Shown here: one piece after another, positions 1 through 12,559 of the stretch | Numbering within the stretch: the first letter of the stretch is position 1 | Layout: the number at the start of each line of letters is the position of its first letter | Assembly (NCBI GenBank): GCA_030704615.1 | Contig: CM060732.1 | Span: 39,804,001-39,868,000 of the forward strand | Direction of reading: 5' to 3' | From: Takakia lepidozioides | Taxonomy: Eukaryota > Plantae > Bryophyta | Length of the DNA stretch: 64,000 bases | Position numbers and translations under genes: made by a program | The notes under the pieces: model-generated | Database searches by the model: none | Seen by the model: only the letters and a program-made list of their open reading frames with translations | Told to the model about the DNA's origin: nothing

Positions 1-526
1 GAGATGATTGTGACATGAAGCTGCGCGCCTCCGACCCTCCGTCCACCCAGCTCGCCTCGATTCCCTCTTGTCAGTTTGCTGTTCTCTCTGACCCATGAAT
101 GGTCCGGTATGCTCATATTACTTTCTTTATTGATAGAGAACCTTAGAGGTTTCAAAGGTTACTGGATTAGGAATGTGCAGGGGTGTCAGTGTTTTCATCC
201 CTGCGGCTATGTCTCAATTGCCTCTGGTTTTTGGTTACTGCAGTTTCTAAAAGCTCCCATCTTTGGACTCTGTCTCTTGCTTTCTTGGAATGATTTATGT
301 TGGGTGAAAAGATTCTGTGTGACTGGAATCCCAATTCTACCTGGGTCCCAGTACAAGTCTGAAAAGCACAATGTGTCACCCTTGATCTATCCCAACAAGG
401 CAGAGTTGGCAGAAAAAGTCAAGCTACAACCATTGGCTGCTTCACACACAGGTTTCAAAGCCATGAGGCTTGATGTCACACCTAAAGAAATGGGGTTTAC
501 AAGGGTTACTGGGTGTGGCAGGTGAC

Positions 527-3500
527 ATGGACGTTCCTCTGCCTATGGACAAGCTTGGTTCTCATACGCCACCTTTAAATGGGAGCGAGGAGTATGTACT
601 CTCTCTTTCTCTAGTGGGTTATTCATGCTCAATATGGTGGTATTAGAAACTTTAAGGACAAACTTGCTAGGCATACCACCCTCAAGGAAAGGGAGACAAA
701 GCAAGAGGAAGTGTGAAGAAACAGCTGACAATTGGGTTGATTGACTCTGATTGCAGCAAACGACCACAGCTAGTGTTGGTTGCGATTGGTGACTTCAACC
801 CTCCTACATTCTTGCATCTGCGACTTTTTGGTAGTCACTGACATTCCTTGCACCTGGCTACACTTTCAGTTTTAAGAAGTATTTGGAGTTACAATGAACT
901 CACGAATGTTCGGCTGCAGTTGTGCTCACCATCATGGAAGCCTTTGTTGAAAAATTTCACTTCCCCTTTTTGTTAGAGCTCGAAACATCGTGTCACTCTG
1001 ATTGTCTGTGTGTGTGTGTGTGCACGTGAGCCCAGAGTGGTGGAAGTGAACAGAGAAAATTTTCAGATTCCTTTAACATCTCAAAGCAAGACATATCCTT
1101 CAGAAACCAGTGGAGGAGATGAGGGCAAGATCAAAGTCTGCTGTGCTATTTCATAGCTTTTGATGAACGACTGGGACTCAGAGACTGAGTTAAAGGGCAT
1201 TGAGCACTAGGCTATTCAAACTAAGAGCAGGCTGCCTACATCTCTACACTAATTTAACTGGGCTAGGAAAGAGGGAAGCCCTGTAGTGGAAAGGATAGTG
1301 AGCACACTTCTCTCTCCATCAATGTACTCATATCACACCAGACTGGGGAAATTTGTGCCTCATTAATCATAGACATCTTTGCTGACACAGGATTATGTAT
1401 GACCTTCCGGTTTCTCTCTGTGGGGGTGTCATGGTGTGGGGCAATGTTCCCCTAGGTGTCTCCTAAGATGGAGGACCAGTCATGGCCAAAACCCACGTGT
1501 CTAAAGCAAGGAGCTCTTTTTGCCATTGTGCAGAGGTGGCCAGGGACTGGCTGGCATTTGAGGGATACAATGTGCTGGGTGGATACATGTCACCTTTTCA
1601 TGATGCCCATAACAAGAAGGTGACCAGTTTACCAACTCCAGTTGCAAGAGAGAGCAGAAAGATAGACTGGAAGTACAATTGGATCATGCTTGCAGTAGCC
1701 TTGAGACCTAGCTCACCAACATTTATGAAGGCACTTGCACAGCCCACAACTATACAAACACAGTAACTTGAGTGTGAATGGGATTGATTCACAGTTGAAA
1801 GCATGAGATTGACTGTGGCACAGCCCCTTTAGCCCACTAGGGTGCAGCAGAGGGGACACATGTCAGTGTGGTTGCACTGCCAGTCATATTAAAAAGGCAG
1901 AATAGACATGAGACAGACAGACAGACAGCATGAAGGTGTGGGCTGAAGTGTGGACATTTGGGGCCAAGGGTTTAGCTCCTGCAGAGCACCGCGTCAAGTT
2001 GTGCCAGCTGGCGACAAGCGATTCGCAGTTTGTGATGGTGGACCCTTGGGAGGTGTGTGCCCTTGGTGACCAGTCCTATTTTACCACAATGTGCCCTTGT
2101 TAAATTGTCAGGGTCCTATACTTGGCCCCCTACTCTCTCCCTCTCCCTCTCCGTCTCCCTCTGAGGTGGAATTAGTTGTATTGGGTGTGAAGTAGGCAAG
2201 GCAAGTTATGTCGCAGAGCATAGTGCAAGTTCTATCTCGGATTGAAGTGGCAATCAACGGCACGGTTCATACTGGTGAAGGTTACTCTCTCTCTCTCTCT
2301 CTCCCTACCAAAGGTCCTAATTGCTGGGCAGATCACACATCAGGGTGATGCTTGAGTAAGTGGTTTTGTAGAGGATATCTGGAAAGCCCGAACTAATTGT
2401 CTATACCAAGGTAAGTCACACTACCGTAGTGAGCCCCTCACAAAGGTAGTTTCTGTTCCCTCTAGTTTTGCCCAAACTGGGCGCGGGGTCTATGGCCACA
2501 AGGCTATGGTAAACGTCGTCTTTTGAGTACATCTCTTTCTCTGTACATGTAGCTGTGAGTGGTTCTTGATTTCTGTTGGTTGTACTCCTCTACTTGTGTA
2601 CCTTAGGCCCTTTGGGCCTGCCACAGATGTAATTCCTTTCCTTCTCTCTTATGTCTTTCTTATCCACACAGCAACAGCCAGCTTCCTTCTCAAGACATGG
2701 TAAGCATATATGCAAAGTGATCCAGGCTGCTATAACCATTGGTATATGAACAATATCTCTTTCCATAGCCACTCCTAATAATCTCTCAATCTATGACATG
2801 GTCGTCCCTCTTGCCTCTTGGAAGCTTGCTAATGTGGTCCTCTTTCCCAATCAAATGGTTGTTGCTAAGTAAGTGGGACTACATTAGGAGATTTATTTTC
2901 AAGTGAGCTGTGTGTTTGGGTGCAGAAAGGGTGAAGGTGATGCTGCTGTGTGGATCCGATGTTTTACAATCTCTGTCTACCCCTGGTGCTTGGGGCCTTG
3001 AGCAGGTCATCCCTCAGCTTAGCACATTCTTGCTGCTTGCTTAAAGTGCATCATTTGAGAATCAAAATTGTTAGACCCTAGAAATTGGCATGAACTGGAA
3101 AAGCAAGGACTTTGTGACATGAAAGTTAGTGGTGTGGTGTTCCTCTCTTTTATGTACTACAGTCTAACAAGTACCTCTTGTTGTTTTCTCCTCTCCCTCT
3201 ATTCTTTCTTCTGTTCAAGACGTTTTCAAGGTTGATAGCAAGCAGTCTTATGGAGTACATCTCATCCCCTGAGGAGTTGTGTGGCTGTGAGGGTGCAGAC
3301 TGAGTCCATTTGTGAAGATTTTGGCATAGTGTGTGTTTCCAGGGATGGAGTGAACTCCCGCAAACTCATCTTTGAGAATGATTTGCTGTATGAAAAGCGG
3401 GTAGAGTTACCAAACCTTTCCTCTGGGCTGTCAGAAGTGGGGAACTACATGAAGGGGAGATTATCCTGTGGAATAATGAAACTGCTCCTGAGGAAAGCAT

Positions 3501-4792
3501 GGACTCGTTGGAGGTGTCCCTTCTTTAGGTGTATGCTGTGAACTCTCATTTATATTGTGTATAGCAAAACGTGGGACTAATATGAAGTGTTGGTCTAATG
3601 CAGAGAAACATCGTGGTGGTGGATGATTGGATACAAAATGACATTAGCTCCACCAAGCTGAGGTGTGTTTGCCTAGAAATTATTGAGATATTGTTGTACC
3701 TGGCTGCATATATCACCTTGATGCCTTAAAGATTGTACTCATAAGACGTTGTTTGCCGTAGCCTTGTGGCCATTGACCCCGCGCCCAGTTTGAGCGGGAA
3801 CAAAAGGGACAGAACCTACCTCTGTCAGGGGCTGACGTTGGTAGTAAGACGTACCTCCATATATAGAATTAATCCGAGTTTTCCAGATATCCTCTAGAAA
3901 TCCCTTCACACAAGCAGACAATTGCCAATTGCCAATTAGTTTCCTCCCAATGATCTTGTCAGCCACGGAGGAAACGAAACTCTCCCAAGAGTCCACTGTT
4001 CTTTCGACTTCATTTCTTGCGTTAACAGAACGTGACTGAAGTTCTTGGAGTGATTGGACAAAATGAGGGAGAGCCTCTTGCAAGGCCTGGACGTACGCAG
4101 CCTTGACCTCCTCATTGTGGAATTTTTCTATGCGCCACTTCCGAATCGAACGTTTCACAGATCTCTTGGTGGTGGGAAAACACCTTTTGATCTCAGTCCA
4201 AACCAGGAAGTGGTCAGAGGTACCAATATCAGTTCTGTCGATCAACACATTGGCACACTGGGGGAACAAAATTTTGTCCATTATGATATAGTCCACAATG
4301 GAACGTTCCCCAGTTTGGGATTTCTCACGAGTCCACTGCACTTGGTCACCTCTTGTCCTGTTATTCAAGGTCAAAAGCTGAAGCTCTTCTAGACAGTTAA
4401 TTAACCGTCTGCCATTAGAATTCAGCTCGTCCTCACCAAAAGGTCCAATGATATCGTCCTGATGGATCCCTTTGCCCACCCGGGCATTGAAGTCCCCCAA
4501 TAGTACCACCTGACCTTTGGCAAGGAATGAAGCACAGTCCAGCTTTACAAAGGCCTTGTCTGCGTCAGCACTAAGGGTCCCCTCTGTGGGCATGTAAACA
4601 CAACCAACAAAGAGGTCCTTTGTACTCATGCCGCCCTTCAAATTCAGTGCCTTGATGCCTTAAAGAGTGATGCTAATAGCAGTGCCTTGCAGGCGTATGA
4701 TGGCGCGAGGTCTTTCTGTGAAGTACTTGACACCTGATATGGTGATCAAGTACATGACGCTCAATCACCTGTACAAGTACACAAACTATTAA
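527..4792 (+). CDS. NMNAT: Nicotinamide/nicotinate mononucleotide adenylyltransferase, 9 coding exons (approx. 527-591, 757-830, 1534-1619, 1969-2052, 2196-2280, 2926-3005, 3299-3400, 3604-3662, 4693-4792)
   Basis: Manual splicing at GT-AG sites gives MDVPLPMDKL...LVLVAIGDFNPPTFLHLRLFEVARD...VLGGYMSP...HRVKLC...FVMVDPWE...VMLLCGSD...FGIVCVSR...NDISSTKLR...RGLSVKYLTPDMVIKY...*. This is collinear with plant NMNAT. Confidence 0.93.
3733..4649 (-). mobile_element. 5'-truncated, internally deleted LINE (APE endonuclease fragment joined to the 3' end) in the last NMNAT intron
   Basis: ORF 3739-4641 has EEP/APE motifs (VYMP, LGDFNARVG, VDYI, SDH). An exact 17-bp TSD CCTTGATGCCTTAAAGA lies at 3716-3732 and 4650-4666. 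The RT domain is absent. Confidence 0.88.
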
Positions 4793-5890
4793 ATCTCCTT
4801 TTCCTTGGTTTATTACCTTAGCATACAAAAAGCCTACTGGGATTGTTCATGTTGAGTTGCTACCTTCTTCACATGATATCAGGAAGTCAGTCTGACCCAC
4901 ATTAGTATTTCTATCCACATGAGTGAGAATAGGAGGATGATGCTGTAGTATGTTTGGCCCATGAAATGAAACATTAGTAAAGAAATGCTGGGTCTGCTAG
5001 GATCAGAATCATGTCATACAGCGCACCTTTTGAGTGAATGTATGTCACTTAGGAGCTCAGATGCAAATGGAGAGGGCAAGGTACATACAGTGGATGCATA
5101 TTTTGTGGATCTTCTAGAGCAGAAATGCAATATTGGTTGAATCTTTGTTGGAATTCAAATGGGGGACAATTGAAATTTCTGTTCCATCAAGTCTCTGTTG
5201 CTATGTGCATGTAAGTTCAAGATCTCTAGAACTTTGCAGGTCTAGTTTCGAACACTGAATGCAGCAAGTCATGGAGACATTTCTACTCGTAGGGTCTACT
5301 GCACCCACAACTAAAGTATCAGGAGTCGAATATATAAAAATAACATCAAGTTTCCAGATTTCCAAGATCTGATGTGTATGATATGTCAAGCTTGAGCCAC
5401 CTGAAACACCACAGCATTTCGTTCTAGCAGGTTTACACATCTTCCTCCCTTCCTGTGCTCAGTCATTGAAGGAACCCATAAAATCATCATCACTATCCAA
5501 CATCTTTGGCACTCAACCCCAACACAGTGCTACATAGCTGTGGATGTGCATGGATGCCAAAGTGAGTTTTGATTTTTCCAAAGAAACAGCATCTGGTCAA
5601 AGAGCCATCATCTCAGTTCCATGAAAGATTTCACATGGTTTTGCCTCTCATCTCTGACCTCCACATTACATAATTGTTGTCCTAATCTTCTCTGTAGTTG
5701 GATTCGAGGTCAATTCTAAAATGTATCACTGCAATGCTACCTAACATAAAGTATTTGTCTACGTTAAATGATGTCAGTCTAAAGCATAGAATTACAGTAA
5801 GGCATCGCGGTCAAGAAGAGCATGCTATAATCAGTGTGGAAGAAGACATCTCTCTGTGGTTAGTTTTCCCCACCTATCACCATGCTGGCC

Positions 5891-7573
5891 CTACCGACCA
5901 AGAAGCTTTGCCTCAATCTCTTCTAGACTCAAACCTTTAGTCTCGGGCACAACCATCAGGATGAACACTAGTGAAATTACACCAATGATTCCGAAGATCA
6001 CAAAAGTGGCTGAGTCACCCACCAGATCCTGAAGGGGAGCGAAAGCCAATGCCACCACAGCATTTGAACCAAAATTGACAAGGGTTGTAAGACTGAGAGC
6101 CCGTCCCCTGATGCGAAGTGGGTAGATCTCAGAGACCATAAGCCATGAAATGGGTCCAAAGGAAATCTGGTAGCAGCCAACGTATAACAACAAGGCAACC
6201 ACTGCCAGCACTGGAACCCCCTGCCCGAACGTGAAGTATGACGCTAGAAGAAAGAGACTCACAACCAGACCACTCACACCTCCAATCAGAAGAGGCCGAC
6301 GGCCAAGCTTATCTACTGTGAGCACCGCTAATGTAGTCATGACCAGCTTGAAGAACCCAAGCAGAACAGAAAGTCGAGTGGCATCCGCAGCCAAGGAGAA
6401 GCCTGCAGTCTGCAGAATGGGTGCTGCATAATACAGCACGCTTGGTTGCCCTGTGACCTGCTGAAAGAAGACAAGCCCCGTGCCAATGCCAAGAGCCTTC
6501 AAATTAACGCCCTGGAAAAGCTCCGAGAAGCTCACATCATCTTCTTGACCTTCACAAGCAGCTTGCAAAGTGATCCAGGTTTCTTCCACTTCTGCCTCCA
6601 CCACAATTTCACTGCTCTTGTTGCCTCTCAGTCGACGTAAAGCAGATGCTGCCTTTGCTTTCAGTTCGGGAAGGCTGCCCTTGCCTTGCACAGCTTGAAG
6701 CAGCAACCAGCGCGGGGATGGAGGCAGCCACCACGCGCCGATCGCCATCAACGCGGCTATGGGTGCACCCCACACATACATGTAGCGCCATCCTCCCACT
6801 GCCGATATCTCCAAGCTGCCCACCAGGTATCCCAGCAAAAGGCCTCCGACAATGAAAGCCTCCTTCAAAGAAACTAAAGTCCCCCGGATTTGAGGTGGAG
6901 CAGTTTCTGCAATGTACATGGGTGCTGCATGCATGGCAAGGCCGATGCCAATCCCAAAAATCAAGCGTCCCGCAATAAGAATTGCCAGATTCGGTGCCTC
7001 AGCAGTAATCAGAGCTCCAACGACATAGAAGGAGGCCGCAGTCATGAGCTCCCTGCGACGACCTAGCAAGTCGGCAATGTTGAAAGCCAGTATAGATCCC
7101 AGTAGAGCTCCATACAGGGATCCACTGACCACCAGGCCAGTTTCAATGGACGTCAAATTAAACCAATCTGTGCCACTCAGCTCAGGTGAAGCCAAGGAAA
7201 CTGAGGCACCTGAGGTAGCCCCAATGTCGTACCCAAACAGCACGCCCCCCAATGCAGGGAAAAAGAATGGCAAAGCCACAGTAGTCCAATCAAACAAGGC
7301 ACCCCCCTTCCGATCATCGTCAAGCAATGGCTCTCTCACCTCATCATTTCCCACATCGACAACCTGGTTCTTGGCCATGGCTCCCTTTGCTCGACTCTTC
7401 GTGGTTCCCGAATTCCAGGGTGTGCTCATACTACAAGCTGTGAGACGACCAGATTCTAACGTGGGCAATCGCCCACCGAGACGATTAGCCCCAGCAGGCC
7501 TGCAACGGATCCTGTGAGAGAAGAGGATGGCCAACGAGGGCCGACGAAGCAGCAATCCGCAAGGAGCGACCAT
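5891..7573 (-). CDS. MFS sugar porter, VGT subfamily (D-xylose-proton symporter-like, probably plastid-targeted); single exon
   Basis: 560-aa uninterrupted ORF with FPALGGVLFGYDIGATSGA, ADLLGRRREL, MHAAPMYIAE, QQVTGQPSVLYYA, VDKLGRRPLL, SEIYPLR and PETKGLSLEEIE. The N-terminal extension is R/S-rich, like a transit peptide. Confidence 0.92.
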   Translation of the reverse strand: MVAPCGLLLRRPSLAILFSHRIRCRPAGANRLGGRLPTLESGRLTACSMSTPWNSGTTKSRAKGAMAKNQVVDVGNDEVREPLLDDDRKGGALFDWTTVALPFFFPALGGVLFGYDIGATSGASVSLASPELSGTDWFNLTSIETGLVVSGSLYGALLGSILAFNIADLLGRRRELMTAASFYVVGALITAEAPNLAILIAGRLIFGIGIGLAMHAAPMYIAETAPPQIRGTLVSLKEAFIVGGLLLGYLVGSLEISAVGGWRYMYVWGAPIAALMAIGAWWLPPSPRWLLLQAVQGKGSLPELKAKAASALRRLRGNKSSEIVVEAEVEETWITLQAACEGQEDDVSFSELFQGVNLKALGIGTGLVFFQQVTGQPSVLYYAAPILQTAGFSLAADATRLSVLLGFFKLVMTTLAVLTVDKLGRRPLLIGGVSGLVVSLFLLASYFTFGQGVPVLAVVALLLYVGCYQISFGPISWLMVSEIYPLRIRGRALSLTTLVNFGSNAVVALAFAPLQDLVGDSATFVIFGIIGVISLVFILMVVPETKGLSLEEIEAKLLGR

Positions 7574-8503
7574 GGCTACAGCCGCACTCTCTTCACTCTG
7601 TACAGCCTGCTCGCGTTGCCTGAGCCACGTCGTCTACCGCCACACGGCCCGCTGGACCACGTGGCTACGGCCCCACCATTTGTATGGATCGGAACCCTCT
7701 TGCTCCAATCGAACCGAAACCCCCTCTCGAGCTCTCTGGTGAGATTGATGAGCAAGCGCTGGAAGATTGGCAGGTACCTGAAGCAAGTGGTCAGTGGAAT
7801 CATATGGCATCAAGGGATACAGTTCCTCTGGGTGACAATTCGATTGGCTATCAAGCCGAAAGGAAGAGGATGTTCAAATGGAGGAGGAAATGTGGAGTCA
7901 GCTTTGCATGGAGCTGGATGCAGCCACAAGATGGGCTCTACAGAGCTTGGATCATTCTCGCTGACCCAGACACTATGGAAATTCACCTCAAAAGAGATGG
8001 AAGTAACGAGCTGATACAAGACCTCGATGCAGATCGTGGATCCCTCCACTCGGACGGATGCCGTGATGGCTGACTTGCAGAGCCTGAACATGTGCATTAC
8101 TTTTCATTCAACCTGCTCAATCTCCCAAGTCAAACAACAAAAGGAGGGAGGGAGGCACAATGTAAGGGTAAGTCATTCCCAAGACCAGCATTGATTCATC
8201 TTCTCTTACAACCAAATTTTGGACACATTGTAAAATCGCATGTGGATTTGGTCTGGGGTGTGGATGGTGCATGCTGCCGTCTATGTATGGTAGAGATGCA
8301 GCGACAGACACAATGACATTGCCATTTATTATTAACCTGCAGGCCATGGAGTCTTGGAGCTGCTGCACAATATCTGGATTAGTCAGGGGCTGCCTGCCAT
8401 TTGTGTCTGAAGTCAAGATCAAGCAGACGGTAGCAAGTAGTGAAGTATATGTGTAGGGGGCTGATGCAGTTAAGTTACAAATCAGGGAATAGTTAGGGCC
8501 TTA

Positions 8504-9657
8504 GAGCATCCCCACCCTTGAGCCCGAAAGACTCCCTGTAACGGCAAAGATAGCGTCATCGATTCAGGGCATGTTGGGTTCTGCGGCGTGGCACCCCCCC
8601 ATCACGCATACCCCGGCTCCTGAATCGCCCACGCTATCCTCTACCAGCTCGGCTCACCTGTTCCAGCCATCGGCCTGCTGGCTGGTCCTTCGCCATGCCC
8701 ATCGATTGCTGCAGCTGGATTACGCCTCACAATTCTCCCTTGGCAGCTCAATATTCCTCTTCGCCTTGCACCAGGGAGTCACGCCAGAGGTACAATGGAG
8801 GACTAGAGGCAAGAATATAATGATAGAATACAAGTTGAGATTAGGGCAGAACTTGAAGAGGATGACGAAGAAGATTTCTTCACGAATATGCTGATGGGTG
8901 AAGCTTTTTTTTTTTTTGAGCCCGAGCCCAAGCGTAGAGGGGGATCTCGGCCTGGCAAGGCACCCAATGTTGATAGAGATAGGCAAGCTGGCCATGAGAG
9001 GATGTATTTAGATTATTTCTCTCCATCACCTGTATATGATGATCGAGCTTTCAGGCGGCAGTACGGGATGCGAAGGGGGTTATTTGTGAAGATTATGGAT
9101 AGAATTGTTGCCCACGATCCTTATTTTGAGCAGAGGGTTGATGGGTGTGGAGTCATGGGTTTATCAAGCATTCAGAAATGCACAGCTGCTTCGCGATTAC
9201 TTGCCTATGGTGTCACTGCCGATGCCACGGATGAGTATTGCCGACTAAGTGAGACCACAGCTATGCAGTCCATGAAGAGATTTGTGGCAGGAGTTCGTGC
9301 TTGCTTTGAGGTCGAGTACCTACGCCAACCCACAGCGAGTGACAAACAAATTAAGATCAACAATGAAAGAGGCTTCATTGGTATGTTTGCTTCCATTGAT
9401 TGCATGCATTATCAATGGAAGAATTGCCCTATGGCGTGGCAACGTCAGTACCAGGATAAAGATGGCAATAGAAGCATCATCCTTGAGGCTATAGCCTCAC
9501 AAGACTTGTGGATATGGCATGCTTTCTTTGGACTGCCTGGGGGCAATAATGATGTCAATGTGCTTGATCGATCTCCTTTAGCTGCGGATTTATTGAGGGG
9601 TAGTGCACATGATGTCACCTTCACTATCAATGGCAATGTGTATCCTCGGTATTATTT
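8504..9657 (+). mobile_element. 3'-truncated PIF/Harbinger element with partial transposase
   Basis: The left end TTA|GAGCATCCCCAC is a typical Harbinger TIR after a TWA target. The ORF from 8888 has DYF..P.Y...FRR, QKCTAA.R.LAYG, SIDCMH, DLWIWHAFFG.PG.NND.NVL and YYL. Homology breaks at ~9657, before the second catalytic Asp. Confidence 0.85.
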
Positions 9658-10193
9658 GGGCCAAAGGTTTCAGTGTTTTGACATGGACTGCCAAAGGGCA
9701 GGATGTGATAATGGACAAGATTATAGATCGGTTATAATTTCATGTGCACTAGGCGGTTATAATTTAGGGTGCACTGAGAACAATATTGGTTCTACCATAA
9801 TACATTATTGTCCAATATTCGCGCATAGCATGTCCCCAATGAGCATGTGGTTACACAACTTTGAATACGGCAAGATTCTCAGTAAGAAACTTCATAATTC
9901 AGGGAATCAGTGCGGAAGTGGTCTCAAATTACCGAGCATAGAACACAGCAATGGTGATAAGGCAGATCTGAAGGGGTGTGAACTATGACTCATCCTCAAC
10001 TTTGAACTCCATCAAAGCTCCTAGAAGATCATCAATAATTTTATGTCAATGTCAACTGCCTTGTCCATCCTCACAGCACCACGGGGAAACATTAGCATTG
10101 TCTGGGCACAATATGTACTTCACTTGAGTGGGGACCTACACCCAGCCCAAAGCATTTCACCACTTGCAGAGTTGTGATATACCATGATCAGAA

Positions 10194-10590
10194 ATGCAAC
10201 CAGTAAGGGTAGACAGCCCTATGACCGTTCATCTAACGATGGCGGAAGATCTAATGGTGAATTTTTCTCATTTTTACCCGGATAAAATTGATAAGATGCC
10301 CCACATCCATGGCATCCCAACACACTTGCAAGTGAGTGATTTCATGAAGTCCACACAAAATTGTGGGGTTTCAAAGTTGAACCAATCAGAAAGCTTGTGT
10401 GAACCTTGGGCCCTATGACCAATCACATTTTCTGGAGGGTTATATCAAACAACTGTTTGCCAAGTGGCAAAACTGAGCACTCTTGGGCCCAGCAATGGTA
10501 GCTCATGCGGCCTGACCCGAGCAGTTATGAGGTGACCGGTCATAGGTGCTATAACGGTCATAGGGTGTTTTACCCTAACTGTTTTTGCAT
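10194..10590. mobile_element. Possible MITE (~390 bp)
   Basis: Imperfect inverted repeats: CAGTAAGGGTAGACAGCCCTATGACCGTT (10201-10229) versus AACGGTCATAGGGTGTTTTACCCTAACTG (10553-10581). No clear TSD. Confidence 0.4.
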
Positions 10591-10662
10591 TCAATCATTT
10601 AGCAGCTGTACACATGAACTAGAAAACAGTCATCCTCATCATTCTGACTGACACATTCTAAT

Positions 10663-11850
10663 ATGCCAGATGTCAATGGCATCAATCGGGTAACTCTTGG
10701 TGTAGGGCTGAATACAAAATACACTACAACTATATGCTATAGCACGGAAATTGGCGACATTAGCTTCTCAATATGCATGGGATCTAGAAGATGGCGAAGG
10801 TCCTACATATATCCCCACCCACAAACACTTACACAATTGCCATGCACGGATTGTATCAACCAAACCGTGGTGGACGACTCTGGCGCAGTGCTCACTGCCA
10901 ATCCGACCTTTCGACTAGGAAATGTTTACCGCTTCACTGAATGCACCACCGTTGCCTTTAATGATGGCTCGGCATATATTTACAATTGTTTCACAACAGC
11001 GGATGGGCAGCTGGTCTTCGACACGGGTCAGAGCCATTTAGTATCATCGATTCTCATGTGCAACACAAGCACCGCGTCTTTAACCTGCAATCTTTCCCTG
11101 GATGACGCCTTCACATCGTTCAAGATAATGGGTACAGTCGTTGGAGGGATGTCAATTCTCCTGATTCTCTATTCCCTCACCGTCGTCAACATTCTGATGA
11201 ACTTGCTCTTCACTGTGGACCTTTTGGCCCCAGTCTTTTGCAACCCATTCAAAAATAGGGCTTTCAGGATGAAACGCTTCCACGTCCTGTGTGGCTGCCG
11301 AGCGTGGCCACCACTTAAGAGTTTTGACAGGGTTTTGACAGGGACGAGTACTTCTTCGAGAATTGTCACAACAGGATCCATGTGAAGTACTACAACGACA
11401 TCCTGAGCTACTACAGCTTCAACAAGCACAGCGGCATCAAACACCAAGATCGCATCCCGGCTGTCACCGTTGAGTGCAAGGACTTTGTTATCATTGCTCT
11501 TGGATTGTGAGCAAGATCCCGCTATGTGGCCCATCCAAGCCTTCCATGAGCACCTCACATTCTTCCACTACATGACGGTGGACGACCTCATCCAGGAATG
11601 CTGTGCAATGGCCCACCCACATCTTCATCAAAGGACATCCACGGTGGACAGGTACATCCTTGGCGACTACGGCTGCGTCTTATTAGACCAAGCTTGTCTA
11701 CTGCGCCATCCGCGTAATACAAAGTGTTGAAACTCGAGCTGCATACATATTACGCAGAACGCAAGCTGTTGAAGTGTCAGGCTAAAACCCTGGATCGATA
11801 TCTCAACATTGTCCGTGAATCTCAGAATGGTGGAGTAATTTCAAAAGATA
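10663..11850 (+). pseudogene. Unassigned Cys-rich ORF with a predicted transmembrane segment, probably frameshifted
   Basis: 240-aa ORF with a hydrophobic stretch (GTVVGGMSILLILYSLTVVNILMNLLF). A tandem duplication of GTTTTGACAGG at ~11321-11342 shifts the frame, and coding-like sequence continues downstream. Confidence 0.35.
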
Positions 11851-12559
11851 TGGTAATTAAGCTTGCATAAATCTTCCTATAGGGCTATGATTTGTATTTC
11901 TAGATGTTAAGATGATTCTAGAGACATCTTCACAAGAATAAGACGGAGCATTATGTGAACAGTGGCTCATGGCCTTCACGTGGACAGGAAACGTGACGGC
12001 CCCATTTTATATAAATTTCAAGGTGCTCAAGTGATTAGGCAGGGGTGACAGTAGAGAGACTGGGCGCGCAAGTGTGGATCTGTCACTGACATGTATGGAG
12101 TCTGACAGCAGAGGGACTAATTATGTGGAGCGATGAAGTATGAGATGAGCCGAGACTGACTGGAGGTCTTATAAACAGTGACGATGTACACTTAAACTTA
12201 ACTAGTATGCACTGTGTTGACTCTAGATATATATAAAAAAGGTTGTATGTAAGGACTCTGGTCCGATCGTCCGATCCTACTGTTTGAATCTAGTTGTCGA
12301 GACTCATAGTTTAGTGGGTATACATCTCAGTTTTCAGTAGTTAAATTTCCGGTCTAAAGGGGGCAGATCACGATGTACATCACGATGTACAGCTCGCAGG
12401 AGGCTTAGCTCCTAGTTGGTCGAAAACCCTCCGGTCCACCGACATGCCGCTTAGCAGGGGCTTAATATCAGTGTACAATGCCAAGTACAGAGGTATTAAA
12501 AAAACATGTCTTGATCGCACATGTTATGAGATTTATATGAAGAGTGAACCCCCGAGATT

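Noticed and set aside
76-525. 149-aa ORF upstream of NMNAT
   Set aside because: It ends at the AG acceptor just before the NMNAT ATG and looks like 5'-UTR intron sequence with no domain signal.
7514-8073. Plus-strand ORFs head-to-head with the sugar transporter
   Set aside because: No recognisable domain or consistent frame; could be a decayed fragment but cannot be supported.
9658-9988. C-terminal third of the 366-aa Harbinger ORF
   Set aside because: Transposase similarity ends at YYL; the rest is read-through into unrelated sequence.
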